Sequence record: NC_070952.1
Reading direction: 5' to 3' (one strand)
DNA length: 64,000 nt
Position 1 is the stretch's first letter. Each line of letters starts with the position of its first letter. Below the pieces are notes generated by a model. It searched no databases, was not told the DNA's origin, and saw only the letters and a list, made by a program, of their open reading frames with translations. This document shows positions 36,981-47,466 of this stretch, one piece after another. The position numbers were made by a program, and so were the translations under genes.

Positions 36981-37877
36981 ATGTCATACAACTTTAAAGA
37001 CGATCTTGCTTCTCGACTTCCTGAAGGTTACAGCATCTATCAGATCTACGCCCTTAATGAAGACATTTCTCGCATTGAGGGTGTTAATGGTCAATTGAAA
37101 ACTTTCTTTGAATTGAAGAAAGTGGACCTGACGGAATACCTGTTTAAAATCCCCACGATCTCATTACCAGGTCCGTGCACGGTAAACGATCTTTATGCCA
37201 GGCTGAGTGACATTTATGGATTGGGGTTAGTGATCAATGTTGACTATTATGATTCTACCCCGTTAAATCCTTCTTCAGCGCATCAGTACGTAGAGTTACC
37301 TATTTCCAATAATAGTTATGGGTATAAAGGCACGCTGCGCTGCTACGTGGTTCTGGGGGCGTTAGAGGGCATCAATCCCGATGTAGAGCGAGATGTTTCT
37401 TCAGTGGACATTACGGCTAGTCTGAATAAGATTAAGTTCCGTAATTTCATCATGGGTTCTGTTATTGGAATCGATGAGATTAAGTTTGTTGAGAATTCGC
37501 TTTCTCTGGAGTTTGTCACAAAGATTATTGCTGCGTTTAAAGGACAGGTCCCTGACAGTGTACTGGAAGAATACCGTTTACTGTTAAGCAGTGCTCGGGT
37601 ATTAGAGAAGTATTCTGATGGTCTTTCCGATCTCGTGGTTATTAGTGTTTCTCAAGAACTCTTTCAGATTCGTTATTCTTACTCATTAAAAAATAATGGT
37701 GAGAATGATAATACGTCTGATAACTCGCAAGGGTTACCAGATGGAGATACTGATAGTAGTGCGGAGAATCCGGTGAGTGGGGAAGGGGATTATATTAACA
37801 CCGAACAGAGTGAGGATCCTTATTCCTCTACCGAAGGTAATAATACAATCGAAGAAGTGGAGATACAAATTGAATAG
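36981..37877 (+). CDS. Probable virion protein with an acidic tail
   Basis: LYARLSDIYGLGL...ISNNSYGYKGTL module; D/E/S/N-rich C-terminus. Confidence 0.65.
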   Translation: MSYNFKDDLASRLPEGYSIYQIYALNEDISRIEGVNGQLKTFFELKKVDLTEYLFKIPTISLPGPCTVNDLYARLSDIYGLGLVINVDYYDSTPLNPSSAHQYVELPISNNSYGYKGTLRCYVVLGALEGINPDVERDVSSVDITASLNKIKFRNFIMGSVIGIDEIKFVENSLSLEFVTKIIAAFKGQVPDSVLEEYRLLLSSARVLEKYSDGLSDLVVISVSQELFQIRYSYSLKNNGENDNTSDNSQGLPDGDTDSSAENPVSGEGDYINTEQSEDPYSSTEGNNTIEEVEIQIE

Positions 37878-37903
37878 TACAGAGCTCATTTAAATCATTA
37901 CGT

Positions 37904-37936
37904 CCTCTTACTCCTTAATCGGAGTAAGAGGGTATG
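37904..37936. terminator. YTAC-family hairpin followed by TATG
   Basis: CCTCTTACTCC-ttaatc-GGAGTAAGAGG-gTATG. Confidence 0.7.
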
Positions 37937-37946
37937 ATGTTATGAT
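37937..37946 (+). promoter_or_regulatory. Putative late promoter ATGTTATGAT
   Basis: Directly after the hairpin, 22 nt before ATG 37968. Confidence 0.55.
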
Positions 37947-37967
37947 TGTTCTAATGAGGAATTAAGT

Positions 37968-39578
37968 ATGCTAAGTGTAAGAATTCCTTCTAATGAGACA
38001 TACAGGATTGGGACACGTCCCGCTGTACTTGCTTCCTTGTCTAAGATGATGGATTACTTCAATATTAATGTTGACCAGAAAATCTTTTTCAATGGCGAAG
38101 CAGAAGTCTCTAAGTTATTAGGAGGAGATAAAGACGGTAAAAGAGGATCTGACTTAGGCGTAGACCTGGGTTATGATAATAAACTCTTTGTGGAGCTAGA
38201 ACGTACAGAATCAGGTTACAATGACGAACTTGATGCGTACAGTGGAAACAACAGCAATCCACCTCTCTGGTACGATGCCGCTACAAAGGCATCAATCTAT
38301 CCAAAGTTCATTACCAAACGTTTTAATGTCACAGTCAATGCGTATTTCAAAGACCGTGTTACTGCTGAACGTTATTTGACGAATATCCGTAAAGGAACAT
38401 TCTCTCCTCACCAGAACACCATGTTCAATGTGGACACACACTTCCCACTGACCGAGCCACAGCTTCAATGCTATTATGAGATCTTCTTACGTCTTCAGAA
38501 AGCAGCGGTGGTGGAACCAACTAAGAACTTCTTAGATTGGATGGGGGAGAACTCTACAGTGCCGATTGGTATTCTGCGTAATGCGGCATTTAAAGCGCCT
38601 GTGTTTGTATTCAAACAGCAGATCGCGGATGTCGGGGTGAACATGGAAAACCCCAATATGGCGCTGGTGAACCAAGGTGCGTATATCGGTAAGTTTGAAG
38701 TCAGCTTCCGTTATTGGTTTTTCTGGTCTGAACACACGGAATGGATTTTTAACTTCCCTATCCAAGTGTATCAACAACCGATGCCTGATACGTATATTCC
38801 AGATGTCTTTGAGGACAACAAGAATGAATACGTGACACGTCGCTTCTTTGAATCAGCTGTTGCCAGTAAGGTATGGGATTACAAGAAGAATCAGGCACCG
38901 TTTTATCAGGTCTTCCCAAGTCAAGATAACTGGCGCCCTAATCCCATCAGCTGGGTCAGTCCTCAGTTGCAAGTTCTGGTGAATGTCGAGAATATCGAAA
39001 ACCAGGTATTGATCAACATGAAAGAGATCAATGGCTTTACCTGGACCCAGTTGTTCATTGACTACATGATCAAGTACCGCACCAAGGTTACTGTCCGTCA
39101 CAAGAACCCGATGAACATCAAAGTGTGGTCGGATGATGGTAAAGATTCTGTTCAGGTAAAGGAAGACCAGATTGTTCTTGATGAGAATGGGGATCTGCGC
39201 TTAACCCGATTACCGTATATGCCAAACGCATACCGTGTGGTGTTCTCGTTTGATTACGCACTTCGTTTATACGATGAAGACTGCGTGGAAGATTTCTTAA
39301 ACGATCCAGACTACGCCAAATGGATTATTGGGATTCTCTTTCCTGCCTATACATTCCCGGACGGTTGGGGTACAGGTGGGTGGTGTGATTGGGACGACAT
39401 CTATGACAGTATTGATGTGGGTGATGGACCGGAGTCGAAGTTCTATATGCCTTACGGTATGTTGTACTCTTTGATTGTGGCCAAAAACTCTGCATCGTAT
39501 CAAAGTTACCTTCAATTGAAAAACACAGGTAAGTTAAATGGCACAGACTTCTATCGGTGGGACCAAGCCACCAGTTGA
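37968..39578 (+). CDS. Conserved virion structural protein (neck/tail region, by synteny)
   Basis: 536 aa, aromatic and beta-rich, GAGGA SD. Confidence 0.7.
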   Translation: MLSVRIPSNETYRIGTRPAVLASLSKMMDYFNINVDQKIFFNGEAEVSKLLGGDKDGKRGSDLGVDLGYDNKLFVELERTESGYNDELDAYSGNNSNPPLWYDAATKASIYPKFITKRFNVTVNAYFKDRVTAERYLTNIRKGTFSPHQNTMFNVDTHFPLTEPQLQCYYEIFLRLQKAAVVEPTKNFLDWMGENSTVPIGILRNAAFKAPVFVFKQQIADVGVNMENPNMALVNQGAYIGKFEVSFRYWFFWSEHTEWIFNFPIQVYQQPMPDTYIPDVFEDNKNEYVTRRFFESAVASKVWDYKKNQAPFYQVFPSQDNWRPNPISWVSPQLQVLVNVENIENQVLINMKEINGFTWTQLFIDYMIKYRTKVTVRHKNPMNIKVWSDDGKDSVQVKEDQIVLDENGDLRLTRLPYMPNAYRVVFSFDYALRLYDEDCVEDFLNDPDYAKWIIGILFPAYTFPDGWGTGGWCDWDDIYDSIDVGDGPESKFYMPYGMLYSLIVAKNSASYQSYLQLKNTGKLNGTDFYRWDQATS

Positions 39579-40836
39579 GCAGGAGCGTGCACTTCCTGAG
39601 GAATATAAAAGTTCGATCATTGAATCGCGTTATGTTCCTCAGACAAGTTTGCTCTCCATGGTTCCTGGGACTCCGACCCGAACCCTTTATTATCGTCAGT
39701 ATCTCGGAGCCAGTGAAGAACAGATCGGTTTCCAACCAGAGAGTATCGAAACGTATCAATCGTACACTCGGGTAAATGACCTTATTCTCAAGATCGATAA
39801 CGGCAATGGAAACTATAACTTTGTTCCAGACACTGGGGTGGGTACTCATCAGCTTACCGGGTATATTCTGTTTGACTTAACTCCGAACAAAGGTGATTTG
39901 TTCATTAAAGATATCGGTGGCGGTAAAGCCGGTCTTTATACGATCACTGAACAGCCGGAGCTAAGAACCATCCAGGCGGATAAGGTTTACTATTTCGAAG
40001 CCACACTCGAAGCAGTCATGACCCAATCCATCCAGAACAACCTGGACATCAAAACAGTTAAGACACTGTGGTATTCTAAAGACTCCGCCGTGGCCGGTGG
40101 TAATGCGGTATTGACTGAAAATGATCACGAGCTTAACAAGAAACTGTATGATGCGAAATTTGCCATCATGGACGATCTGTTATCCCGTCATTATTACAAT
40201 GCCGAAGACACCGTCATAATTCCTAACGCGCTTGACGATCGGTTGTACGATCCTTATCTTGCCAAATTCCTAAGCTACGTCTTGCCTGCCAATGAGATTG
40301 CACCCCGTAACAAAATACGAACCCTCAGTGTTCAGTATTGGGTTGACGGAACTCGCATGCAGGAACCAATGACTGTTTGGGATATGTTTTATCGCAACGA
40401 CTTTGCTCACCCAGAACGGTACCGGAATGACTTCTATGTCCATTATCGTTCCTCATTGATGAACACCCGCTTTTATGGTGGAATCTTCTTCTCCAAAATG
40501 GACCGGTGTATTACCGTTCATAAAGACGGTTCCCAATTAGCACCTTATCAATTTAGCGGGGCATTGATTCCTTCTCCAACTGCTGCTACCCCTCGCCGTC
40601 CTATTGAAGGTGAGTTGTGGGATTATTTCTTTGGGAATGATTTCTACCTTGGTAACGGTACCCCAACACAACAGTTTATTTGGCGCATGTTCCGTGACAA
40701 GATCGTCGACAAAAAAGGGCTGTTGGAAGTGTTGGATGGGTATTGGATTTTGGATGACACCTCAAAGCTGTACATGGGTGGCATTTATCTTCTTGCGATC
40801 AGACAGGCATTGGTAACCACAAGCGATTACACTTAA
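39538..40836 (+). CDS. Conserved virion structural protein (possible head-tail connector)
   Basis: 432 aa; P-x-KGDLFI-x-DIGGG pattern typical of neck/adaptor barrels (inference). Confidence 0.65.
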   Translation: MAQTSIGGTKPPVEQERALPEEYKSSIIESRYVPQTSLLSMVPGTPTRTLYYRQYLGASEEQIGFQPESIETYQSYTRVNDLILKIDNGNGNYNFVPDTGVGTHQLTGYILFDLTPNKGDLFIKDIGGGKAGLYTITEQPELRTIQADKVYYFEATLEAVMTQSIQNNLDIKTVKTLWYSKDSAVAGGNAVLTENDHELNKKLYDAKFAIMDDLLSRHYYNAEDTVIIPNALDDRLYDPYLAKFLSYVLPANEIAPRNKIRTLSVQYWVDGTRMQEPMTVWDMFYRNDFAHPERYRNDFYVHYRSSLMNTRFYGGIFFSKMDRCITVHKDGSQLAPYQFSGALIPSPTAATPRRPIEGELWDYFFGNDFYLGNGTPTQQFIWRMFRDKIVDKKGLLEVLDGYWILDDTSKLYMGGIYLLAIRQALVTTSDYT

Positions 40837-40846
40837 GGTTATTATC

Positions 40847-41488
40847 ATGCACACCGACCGTTACATCTTTATCAGAAAGGACCTTGTAAGACTCTATAAG
40901 CTCTTTACAGAGCGTACCTTTGTCGTTGTGATGCCAGTGGCTTCTTTTCTCTCTACAGAGCAGCTGAAGCACTTTGAGGAGCATCCACCGATTAATGGCT
41001 TTGAGTCGTTGATGGAATCAACCGAGCGTCCTTACACTGTTCTTCATATCCTGCGTTCTATTAAGCTCATGGATGATAACTTTAGAATCGGTTTCCGTTA
41101 TCCTCGTGAAGATATCCCGGTGATCTTTGATGCGATCCAAACGTGGATTCAACACTGGATCGAAATCAAGACCAATGGTGGGTATCTCAGGACCCCGGAC
41201 ATTAAAGAGTTGGAGATCATTGAGAAACTGGGTAGGTATGTCTTTACTGCCTATGCTCACTATCATCATGAAAAGATCAACCGCACTTTAAATGTCCCGA
41301 ATACAAAGGACTTGAGTTTGCTTGATGCCTTGCGAGGCAGAATGATGTACGGTTCTGATTTTGATGAACCTATTTCATATGTCTCCCATCTGGATAATTA
41401 TAAATCAGAAATTGGTTATAAGGATTACAGTGGCGGTGTTGACTCAGGGATGTTGAATGCATTGCGAGGGTTTGGGGGTGGGATGTGA
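40847..41488 (+). CDS. Conserved hypothetical protein
   Basis: 213 aa, AAGG SD, in the structural operon. Confidence 0.7.
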   Translation: MHTDRYIFIRKDLVRLYKLFTERTFVVVMPVASFLSTEQLKHFEEHPPINGFESLMESTERPYTVLHILRSIKLMDDNFRIGFRYPREDIPVIFDAIQTWIQHWIEIKTNGGYLRTPDIKELEIIEKLGRYVFTAYAHYHHEKINRTLNVPNTKDLSLLDALRGRMMYGSDFDEPISYVSHLDNYKSEIGYKDYSGGVDSGMLNALRGFGGGM

Positions 41489-42837
41489 TTTCCAGTCAGA
41501 TTGAAACGGTATTACGTCAAGCCCAGTTAACTGCAACACTTTCTAATAAAGTTGCAGAAACAACTCAGATCACGTGTGTCTTTATTACGCCTGTAGGGCA
41601 GTATACCGCCCTCGGTGTGGAACGCATGATGGCGCAAGCTGACTTTGCCAGCGGCCGTAATGAGTTCATGCAGATTCGCGTAAGGCTCCAACCGGGTATC
41701 TACTTTGATCAGATCGTTAAATACCGTGATGACCTCACTTGCCAAGTGATTGTTCAATCGGGTACTGATCGAGTAATGCGCCAGTTTGTTGCCATTCCGT
41801 TAGTGGACAAGGATGTTCATACGGAATCCAATTCGACCATTGCTAACAAAATGGACGCACTCAATACCACTAACCTGGTTCCTTATGAATTCCAGTTAAT
41901 GGAGATTGGGTTTGCCCGTATTCGTAATGAACCGGTGTCAAACATCTATTCGATTGCCAATGTTCGTGATGTGATGATCTCGGTGTTTGAAGAAGGAACC
42001 CAGGCCATTGGGTTGACAGGTTATAACGCCTATAAAGGCCTGCAACTGTATGAACCGATTGACAACACCAATAACTTCCGCCAGATTATTTTTCCAAGCG
42101 GAACCCGTTTAATTGATGCAGCCCAGTATTTACAAAACCACAATGAGTACGGCGTGTACTCTAAAGGTTTGGGTTCTTTCTATAAACAAAACTATTGGTG
42201 GATCTATCCGCTCTTTAATACCGAGCGTGTGAAAACCCATCCTCGTCCAATTAACTTGATCCGTGTTCCTCAGAACAAAATTCCTGATTTGGACACCACC
42301 TTTTACATTACCCCAACGGCATTGACAATCATCGCATGTGGTACAGCTGATCATCAAGACCATGCTGACATTCGTAAACAGAATGAAGGTGTCGGGCATC
42401 GTAATGTCATGGGTGATGCTATTGCTGGTGATACAGGTTATCACTACAATAACGGCAGAGCGTTAACCACACGTGCTGACTCCATGCAGGAATACAAGTT
42501 AAGTAACCGGCGTGATGGGAATGAATGGATTCCGATTGACAGAAGCCCAACCGGTAACTTGATGGTGGGGATGACCCAGAATGCTCGCAACCAAGGTGAG
42601 ATACTTGAACTGGAGTGGCGTAATGGCGACACAGGCTATTTAGAACCTGGACACCCACTGACCTACCAGTACTTTTATGATGACGACACAGTGTACGTGA
42701 GACGCGGTGTGTTGCTGGGGTATCGCAGTGACTATATCCCAATCACTTCTGATGTTAAACCTATTCTGAAACGCACCACTAAGTTGATTATCTTCTTAAA
42801 AGCACAAGACCGCTATTCTGACGGCACGACAACATAA
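41485..42837 (+). CDS. Conserved virion structural protein (phiKZ gp101-like; possible baseplate hub)
   Basis: 450 aa, GTG start overlapping the previous TGA; function from synteny only. Confidence 0.6.
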   Translation: MISSQIETVLRQAQLTATLSNKVAETTQITCVFITPVGQYTALGVERMMAQADFASGRNEFMQIRVRLQPGIYFDQIVKYRDDLTCQVIVQSGTDRVMRQFVAIPLVDKDVHTESNSTIANKMDALNTTNLVPYEFQLMEIGFARIRNEPVSNIYSIANVRDVMISVFEEGTQAIGLTGYNAYKGLQLYEPIDNTNNFRQIIFPSGTRLIDAAQYLQNHNEYGVYSKGLGSFYKQNYWWIYPLFNTERVKTHPRPINLIRVPQNKIPDLDTTFYITPTALTIIACGTADHQDHADIRKQNEGVGHRNVMGDAIAGDTGYHYNNGRALTTRADSMQEYKLSNRRDGNEWIPIDRSPTGNLMVGMTQNARNQGEILELEWRNGDTGYLEPGHPLTYQYFYDDDTVYVRRGVLLGYRSDYIPITSDVKPILKRTTKLIIFLKAQDRYSDGTTT

Positions 42838-42876
42838 GACCTACCTCTACTCCTTCACGGAGTAGAGGTAGTTATG
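42833..42876. terminator. YTAC-family hairpin with CATA/TATG flanks, convergent junction
   Basis: CATAagac-CTACCTCTACTCC-ttcac-GGAGTAGAGGTAG-tTATG. Confidence 0.75.
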
Positions 42877-42883
42877 CAATTAA

Positions 42884-44428
42884 TTATGCATCCATATTGT
42901 CAAAGTCTGAGCCACCGCCCATTGCTTCACTTCTGTGTTGTAGTGATTTACGGAATGTCTTTCTTTCAAAGTTAATATCGTGAACCAAGCCATTTGTTTC
43001 GTGTAATGGGTAAATACCGAAACGGTCTGATTCTTTTGCACCTTCGCCACGTTTCTTACCGACGTAGTAGGTGAACCAACATTCATTGTTCTGCAGCTTC
43101 GCAACGTGCGCACCGATGACCACATCCACTTCGTTCGTCAGCTTGGTTGAACCTTCTGTCATTGACTTACCGCCAACATCACGGATAAAGTAAATTTCAG
43201 AATCATCATCTTGCTCACGGATAAACTTCTTGGCATCTGGGTTTAACTGGTGGGGAGTTAAGAACGCAGCACCACGAGAAGTAAAGAAGTTACGTGCACG
43301 GTTATACAAGTTCTGCAGCTTATCTGAACGCGACTCACCTGTGCATCCGGTTAAGTCAGCCATGGCCAGATAGTCATACGCTGCCACAATGATTTCATGC
43401 CCTTTTAATTCAAGGGTGCGAACACGTTGCATGATTTCATAAATGTTATCATGGCTTGGGTTAACACGGTAGAACTTAAATGCCCAACCATTCTCATGGA
43501 ATGCATCGATAATAACTCGCACCACATCTTCAGTAGTCGCTTCAAAGAAGTCTGGCTTTATTCCAGTCTTTGCAGTAACGAAGAGTTCATACATGCGCTT
43601 GAAGATAAGGCCCAGGGAGTCCTCTGCTGACATTAACAGTACAGTTGGTATCTTGGTCTTATTACGCAGTAACGGTCGGTTATACAGCGGAACAGAAGCC
43701 AGGATGTGACCCAGGAAGAATGACTTACCGCGGTTGGTCAGTGCTTCGATCATGTACATCAAGCCACGACGGATACCGCAGTCTGGGAATAACGCTTCAT
43801 TCAATCCAGCGAGCCCTGTCTTGATGATCCCTTCTGCCGATGATTCAATTTTTAACTGGTTAATAACTTCGATTAATGTTTCAGGATTATCCGAGCCGGT
43901 TTCTTCTACCACCGCTTTATCGAAGCTACTCTCATTTAAGTCGGTGATTTTACCACTAATGAGTTCATTGATTTTAATCCAGTCATCTTTGGTCAGGTCT
44001 TTTTCATCTTCAAAGAGGAAAGGACGAACCATCATTTTGAGCTGGGTGTTGAATTTACTTTTCGTGTCGTTATCACGCAGCTCTTTGGTAATCTGGAAAA
44101 TGAACTGTCGTGAATCTTCCACAGCCAGATCGTTGTTAAAAGAATCACCTAATACTTTTTCTAATTCTGGTGAAAGCATCACAATCTCAGCGATTTTCGG
44201 AGACAGTAGTGATGTTATGATATTAGAGTCTTCCGGTTGTTCCCGGATCCATGACAGTAACCGACGTAATCTTGCCTCGGTCTTCTTGTCCTGATGAACC
44301 ATACTCTCTTTACTGTTGGGTACTTCTTCAGCCAGCAACAGAATCTCGTCCATGAGATCAACGTCTTTTAAACGCCACGCTTGATAAATAGCGCTGGTGA
44401 GTTTAACAAGACGAATAAGGTTATTCAT
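42884..44428 (-). CDS. dnaB: DnaB-like replicative helicase (phiKZ gp118-like)
   Basis: Walker A ALTNRGKS, LMSAED, Walker B AAYDYL, TPHQLN, KRRGE-type arginine finger (GKKRGE); GAGGAG SD. Confidence 0.9.
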   Translation of the reverse strand: MNNLIRLVKLTSAIYQAWRLKDVDLMDEILLLAEEVPNSKESMVHQDKKTEARLRRLLSWIREQPEDSNIITSLLSPKIAEIVMLSPELEKVLGDSFNNDLAVEDSRQFIFQITKELRDNDTKSKFNTQLKMMVRPFLFEDEKDLTKDDWIKINELISGKITDLNESSFDKAVVEETGSDNPETLIEVINQLKIESSAEGIIKTGLAGLNEALFPDCGIRRGLMYMIEALTNRGKSFFLGHILASVPLYNRPLLRNKTKIPTVLLMSAEDSLGLIFKRMYELFVTAKTGIKPDFFEATTEDVVRVIIDAFHENGWAFKFYRVNPSHDNIYEIMQRVRTLELKGHEIIVAAYDYLAMADLTGCTGESRSDKLQNLYNRARNFFTSRGAAFLTPHQLNPDAKKFIREQDDDSEIYFIRDVGGKSMTEGSTKLTNEVDVVIGAHVAKLQNNECWFTYYVGKKRGEGAKESDRFGIYPLHETNGLVHDINFERKTFRKSLQHRSEAMGGGSDFDNMDA

Positions 44429-44466
44429 GTACAGCTCCTCATTGAAACTTTAAAGGGTTAATTCAT

Positions 44467-45018
44467 ATGTTGTTTAAATCGGGTGATAAGAACTTAGAGG
44501 TGTACTTCTTAAAAGAACATCACTTCCAACTTCTGAATTCTCATAAACTTGAACTGTCTCAGTTGCCTTACCTGCCTAAGTTCCCTGATGTCACTGATCA
44601 GGATGTTTTGGACTGGATTAGTTTCCAGCGCGCAGTGGAAAAGCAATACTGTGGATTTAAATCTACAACCTATGATTATGCCAGTGTTATTACAATCGGC
44701 GATATTAATCGTAAGGGAGTAGTTTATAAAGCAAAATATGATGAAGTATTAAATGCGGATTCCAGTATTGAATTAGGACCGTATTTCTACTATCATGTTT
44801 TCAATGGCAAGCTTTTCATTCTAAACAGTAATAATACTGTGAGCAATCCAATGTTCACAAACGTTCAAGGGGATCTGGCCAGTTCTCTTTATAAAACGTT
44901 ACTGTCGGCTTATAATGTTTTCGAATCGTACTTTCGTGATAATAAAGAACTCACGAAAACGGTTGCTCAAAGAAATTTCATTGATTTGGGTTTTGTAATT
45001 CAAAAAGCCGCTCAGTAA
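44467..45018 (+). CDS. Conserved protein preceding the major capsid gene (phiKZ gp119-like)
   Basis: 183 aa, divergent from dnaB; synteny. Confidence 0.7.
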   Translation: MLFKSGDKNLEVYFLKEHHFQLLNSHKLELSQLPYLPKFPDVTDQDVLDWISFQRAVEKQYCGFKSTTYDYASVITIGDINRKGVVYKAKYDEVLNADSSIELGPYFYYHVFNGKLFILNSNNTVSNPMFTNVQGDLASSLYKTLLSAYNVFESYFRDNKELTKTVAQRNFIDLGFVIQKAAQ

Positions 45019-45132
45019 TACTGTGTGGAATTGTGGGATGCGCGTATAGATACAGGCTATCTTATGCGTAAACATTGTAACCGCGAACAAATATATTTGT
45101 TTTCAAAAGCTTTTTCGTAAAGGGTATTAACG

Positions 45133-47289
45133 ATGGAACAAAATAAATTCCGTTTTTCCACTACTGGTAGTGGGAAAGATCTTAAAGTAATGATTGGCGC
45201 TATGCTGGCCGGTCACGCAGCAAACACTGATGGCTCGCTTCAATCCATCGTTGGTCAAGAAAATTTCCAGGGCGGCATCGCGAACCTCGCTAAATCAATG
45301 AACTACAACCAGGTGAACTCTGTTCAATCTCTGGCTGCAGCTGATGGCGACTTTAACACTCGTGCCGGCAACCTGAAAGACATGATCAAACACGGCGGTA
45401 TGGAATCTTTCTCCATGCAGTTGGAAGCTGGTGCTGTGGCTCGTATGAAAGCCGCTACCCTGGATCTGAACGCCCGTGGTAACAAACAGTGGGCTGCTGC
45501 TGAAGCACTGTATCCTACTCTGGTTCTGCCGTATACCGAAGAAGCGCTGGTTATTCCAATCGACATCGCTGGTGTTGGTGCGTACAACTCTTCTGGTAAC
45601 ATGAACGAAGCATGGGAAAACCTGCGTCCGATCGCATCAGTGCTGTCTGACTCCAAGTTCAACCCAGGCGATGACCTGAAGCTGTCTCCAGTTCTGCCAG
45701 AAAACTCTCAGGACGCAAACGCTGCTGCATTCGTGCCTTCAGCTGATTGGGCTCCGTGGGATGTGGCTTACGATGATGGTGATCTGCTGGGCCGTCAAGC
45801 TCACAAAACCAACTTCCTGGCTATCCGCAAAATCAACAACCTGTTGTCCCTGTGCCGTGCACCTGGCGCACCTGCTTTTGAGCAGAACGATGAGATCGAA
45901 GCATCTTCTATCAAACTGCAGCAGATCCTGCTGGACATCACTACCAAAGAAGGTACTGGTTTCTTCGTACTGGATACCGGCAGCATGTCTGGTGTCGCAG
46001 CTCGTCCATCGACTGGTGTTACCTCTGATGAAAAACGTCAGATTAACTTCGTCCTGAACGGCCTGAACGTCACCAACCTGAAAGATAAAGACGGTGCATC
46101 TACTACACTGTTCAAATCACTGACCGACGCCGGCATGAAAGTGTTCATTCAGTTCGAACTGACTGCAACTTACAGCCGTTCTACTCGTAGCTGGTCTCCA
46201 ACTGTTTCTCCAGTTGCGATCTCTTACATTGTTGATAAAGATGGTAACCGTCTGACCCCAGGTACTCCTGGTATGCCAGCTGATATCGCTGCACTGATCA
46301 CTACTGAAGCCTTCGAAGGTTCTGTAGCCGGTGTGCGTCTGAGCCTGAACCACGCTAACACCAACCGTAGCCGTTACGGTACTACTGTTGTTTATGCGAA
46401 CACTCAGAAATCTTACAACATCAACCGTCGTCAGCCGATCTCTGTTAAATATCCAATGCTGGATCAGGATAACAACGCGCAGGTTCTGGCGATGCTGGTT
46501 AAGCAGATGGACGTAATGGTTCAGCGTAACATGTCCCATGACGCATTCAAAGCAGCTAACGCTCACTTTGATTATGTCTACGACAACAATGGCATGAAAA
46601 TCGTTAACATCAACGATGACTCATCTGCCATTCTGCCTGGCCAGCACTTCCTGGGTACTGTAGGTATTGAATCTACTCTGAACCTGGTTGATGCAGTTTC
46701 CACTCTGGATTCCAAAGATACCCGCGAGAACATCGAAGCGGTTCTGGTGAATAAACTGTGGGATGTTATTACCGCTCTGCGTGTGAATGGCAACATCTCC
46801 GCACTGAAAGAACTGGATGACCGTGAAGAAGCCTACACCGTTGTAGCGCACGCCTCACTGGCTCCGTTCCTGATGACTCAGGGCGACTACCGTACCTTCG
46901 GTCAGAACATCAAGTTCAACATCGTTGAGACTAACATCGACTCAGAAGTCGGTCGTATGTGGGTTGTTCCTAAGTCCAACACCAAAGATGGCGAAGTTGA
47001 TATCTTCGGCGGCATCGGTATCTGTGTAGCTAAAGAGCTGCTGGTTATCGAAGGTTCTGTGCAGCAGTCTGATCGCCAGTACCGCATGATCATCACTCAG
47101 CCGGCTTACGATCACCACAGCCTGTGCCCAGTGATCGGTCGTGTTGTAGTTGAAGATATGGATAAACTGCTGGGTAACGAAGGCCTGATCACTCAGGTTA
47201 ACAAACACCTGATCGCAGGTGGTCCAGTCGTGACTATTCCACAGACTGATACCAGCGACGCGCAGGAAATCCCAGTAGACGTTCCATAA
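45133..47289 (+). CDS. Major capsid protein precursor (phiKZ gp120-like)
   Basis: 718 aa with extreme optimal-codon bias; between dnaB and nvRNAP beta; GGME|SF candidate cleavage at E91; own terminator. Confidence 0.9.
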   Translation: MEQNKFRFSTTGSGKDLKVMIGAMLAGHAANTDGSLQSIVGQENFQGGIANLAKSMNYNQVNSVQSLAAADGDFNTRAGNLKDMIKHGGMESFSMQLEAGAVARMKAATLDLNARGNKQWAAAEALYPTLVLPYTEEALVIPIDIAGVGAYNSSGNMNEAWENLRPIASVLSDSKFNPGDDLKLSPVLPENSQDANAAAFVPSADWAPWDVAYDDGDLLGRQAHKTNFLAIRKINNLLSLCRAPGAPAFEQNDEIEASSIKLQQILLDITTKEGTGFFVLDTGSMSGVAARPSTGVTSDEKRQINFVLNGLNVTNLKDKDGASTTLFKSLTDAGMKVFIQFELTATYSRSTRSWSPTVSPVAISYIVDKDGNRLTPGTPGMPADIAALITTEAFEGSVAGVRLSLNHANTNRSRYGTTVVYANTQKSYNINRRQPISVKYPMLDQDNNAQVLAMLVKQMDVMVQRNMSHDAFKAANAHFDYVYDNNGMKIVNINDDSSAILPGQHFLGTVGIESTLNLVDAVSTLDSKDTRENIEAVLVNKLWDVITALRVNGNISALKELDDREEAYTVVAHASLAPFLMTQGDYRTFGQNIKFNIVETNIDSEVGRMWVVPKSNTKDGEVDIFGGIGICVAKELLVIEGSVQQSDRQYRMIITQPAYDHHSLCPVIGRVVVEDMDKLLGNEGLITQVNKHLIAGGPVVTIPQTDTSDAQEIPVDVP

Positions 47290-47326
47290 TAGAACATCTT
47301 TCTGGTAAGTAAGAAATAAGCAGAAG

Positions 47327-47358
47327 CTCCCTTCCCTGGCTGAGGCTGGGGAAGGGGG
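47327..47358 (+). terminator. Terminator hairpin after the major capsid gene
   Basis: CTCCCTTCCC-tggc-tgag-gctg-GGGAAGGGGG then TCTTTGTT. Confidence 0.7.
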
Positions 47359-47400
47359 TCTTTGTTGTCTATTGGAAATTACAGTCTAAAACATTTTTAG

Positions 47401-47420
47401 GCAGATATTATCTAGTTGAG
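47401..47420 (+). promoter_or_regulatory. Putative promoter of the second nvRNAP operon
   Basis: GCAGATATTATCT identical to 711-723. Confidence 0.55.
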
Positions 47421-47466
47421 TAGTAGTACAAAAGTTATTTCTTGCAAGAAATATATTAGGAGCTAT

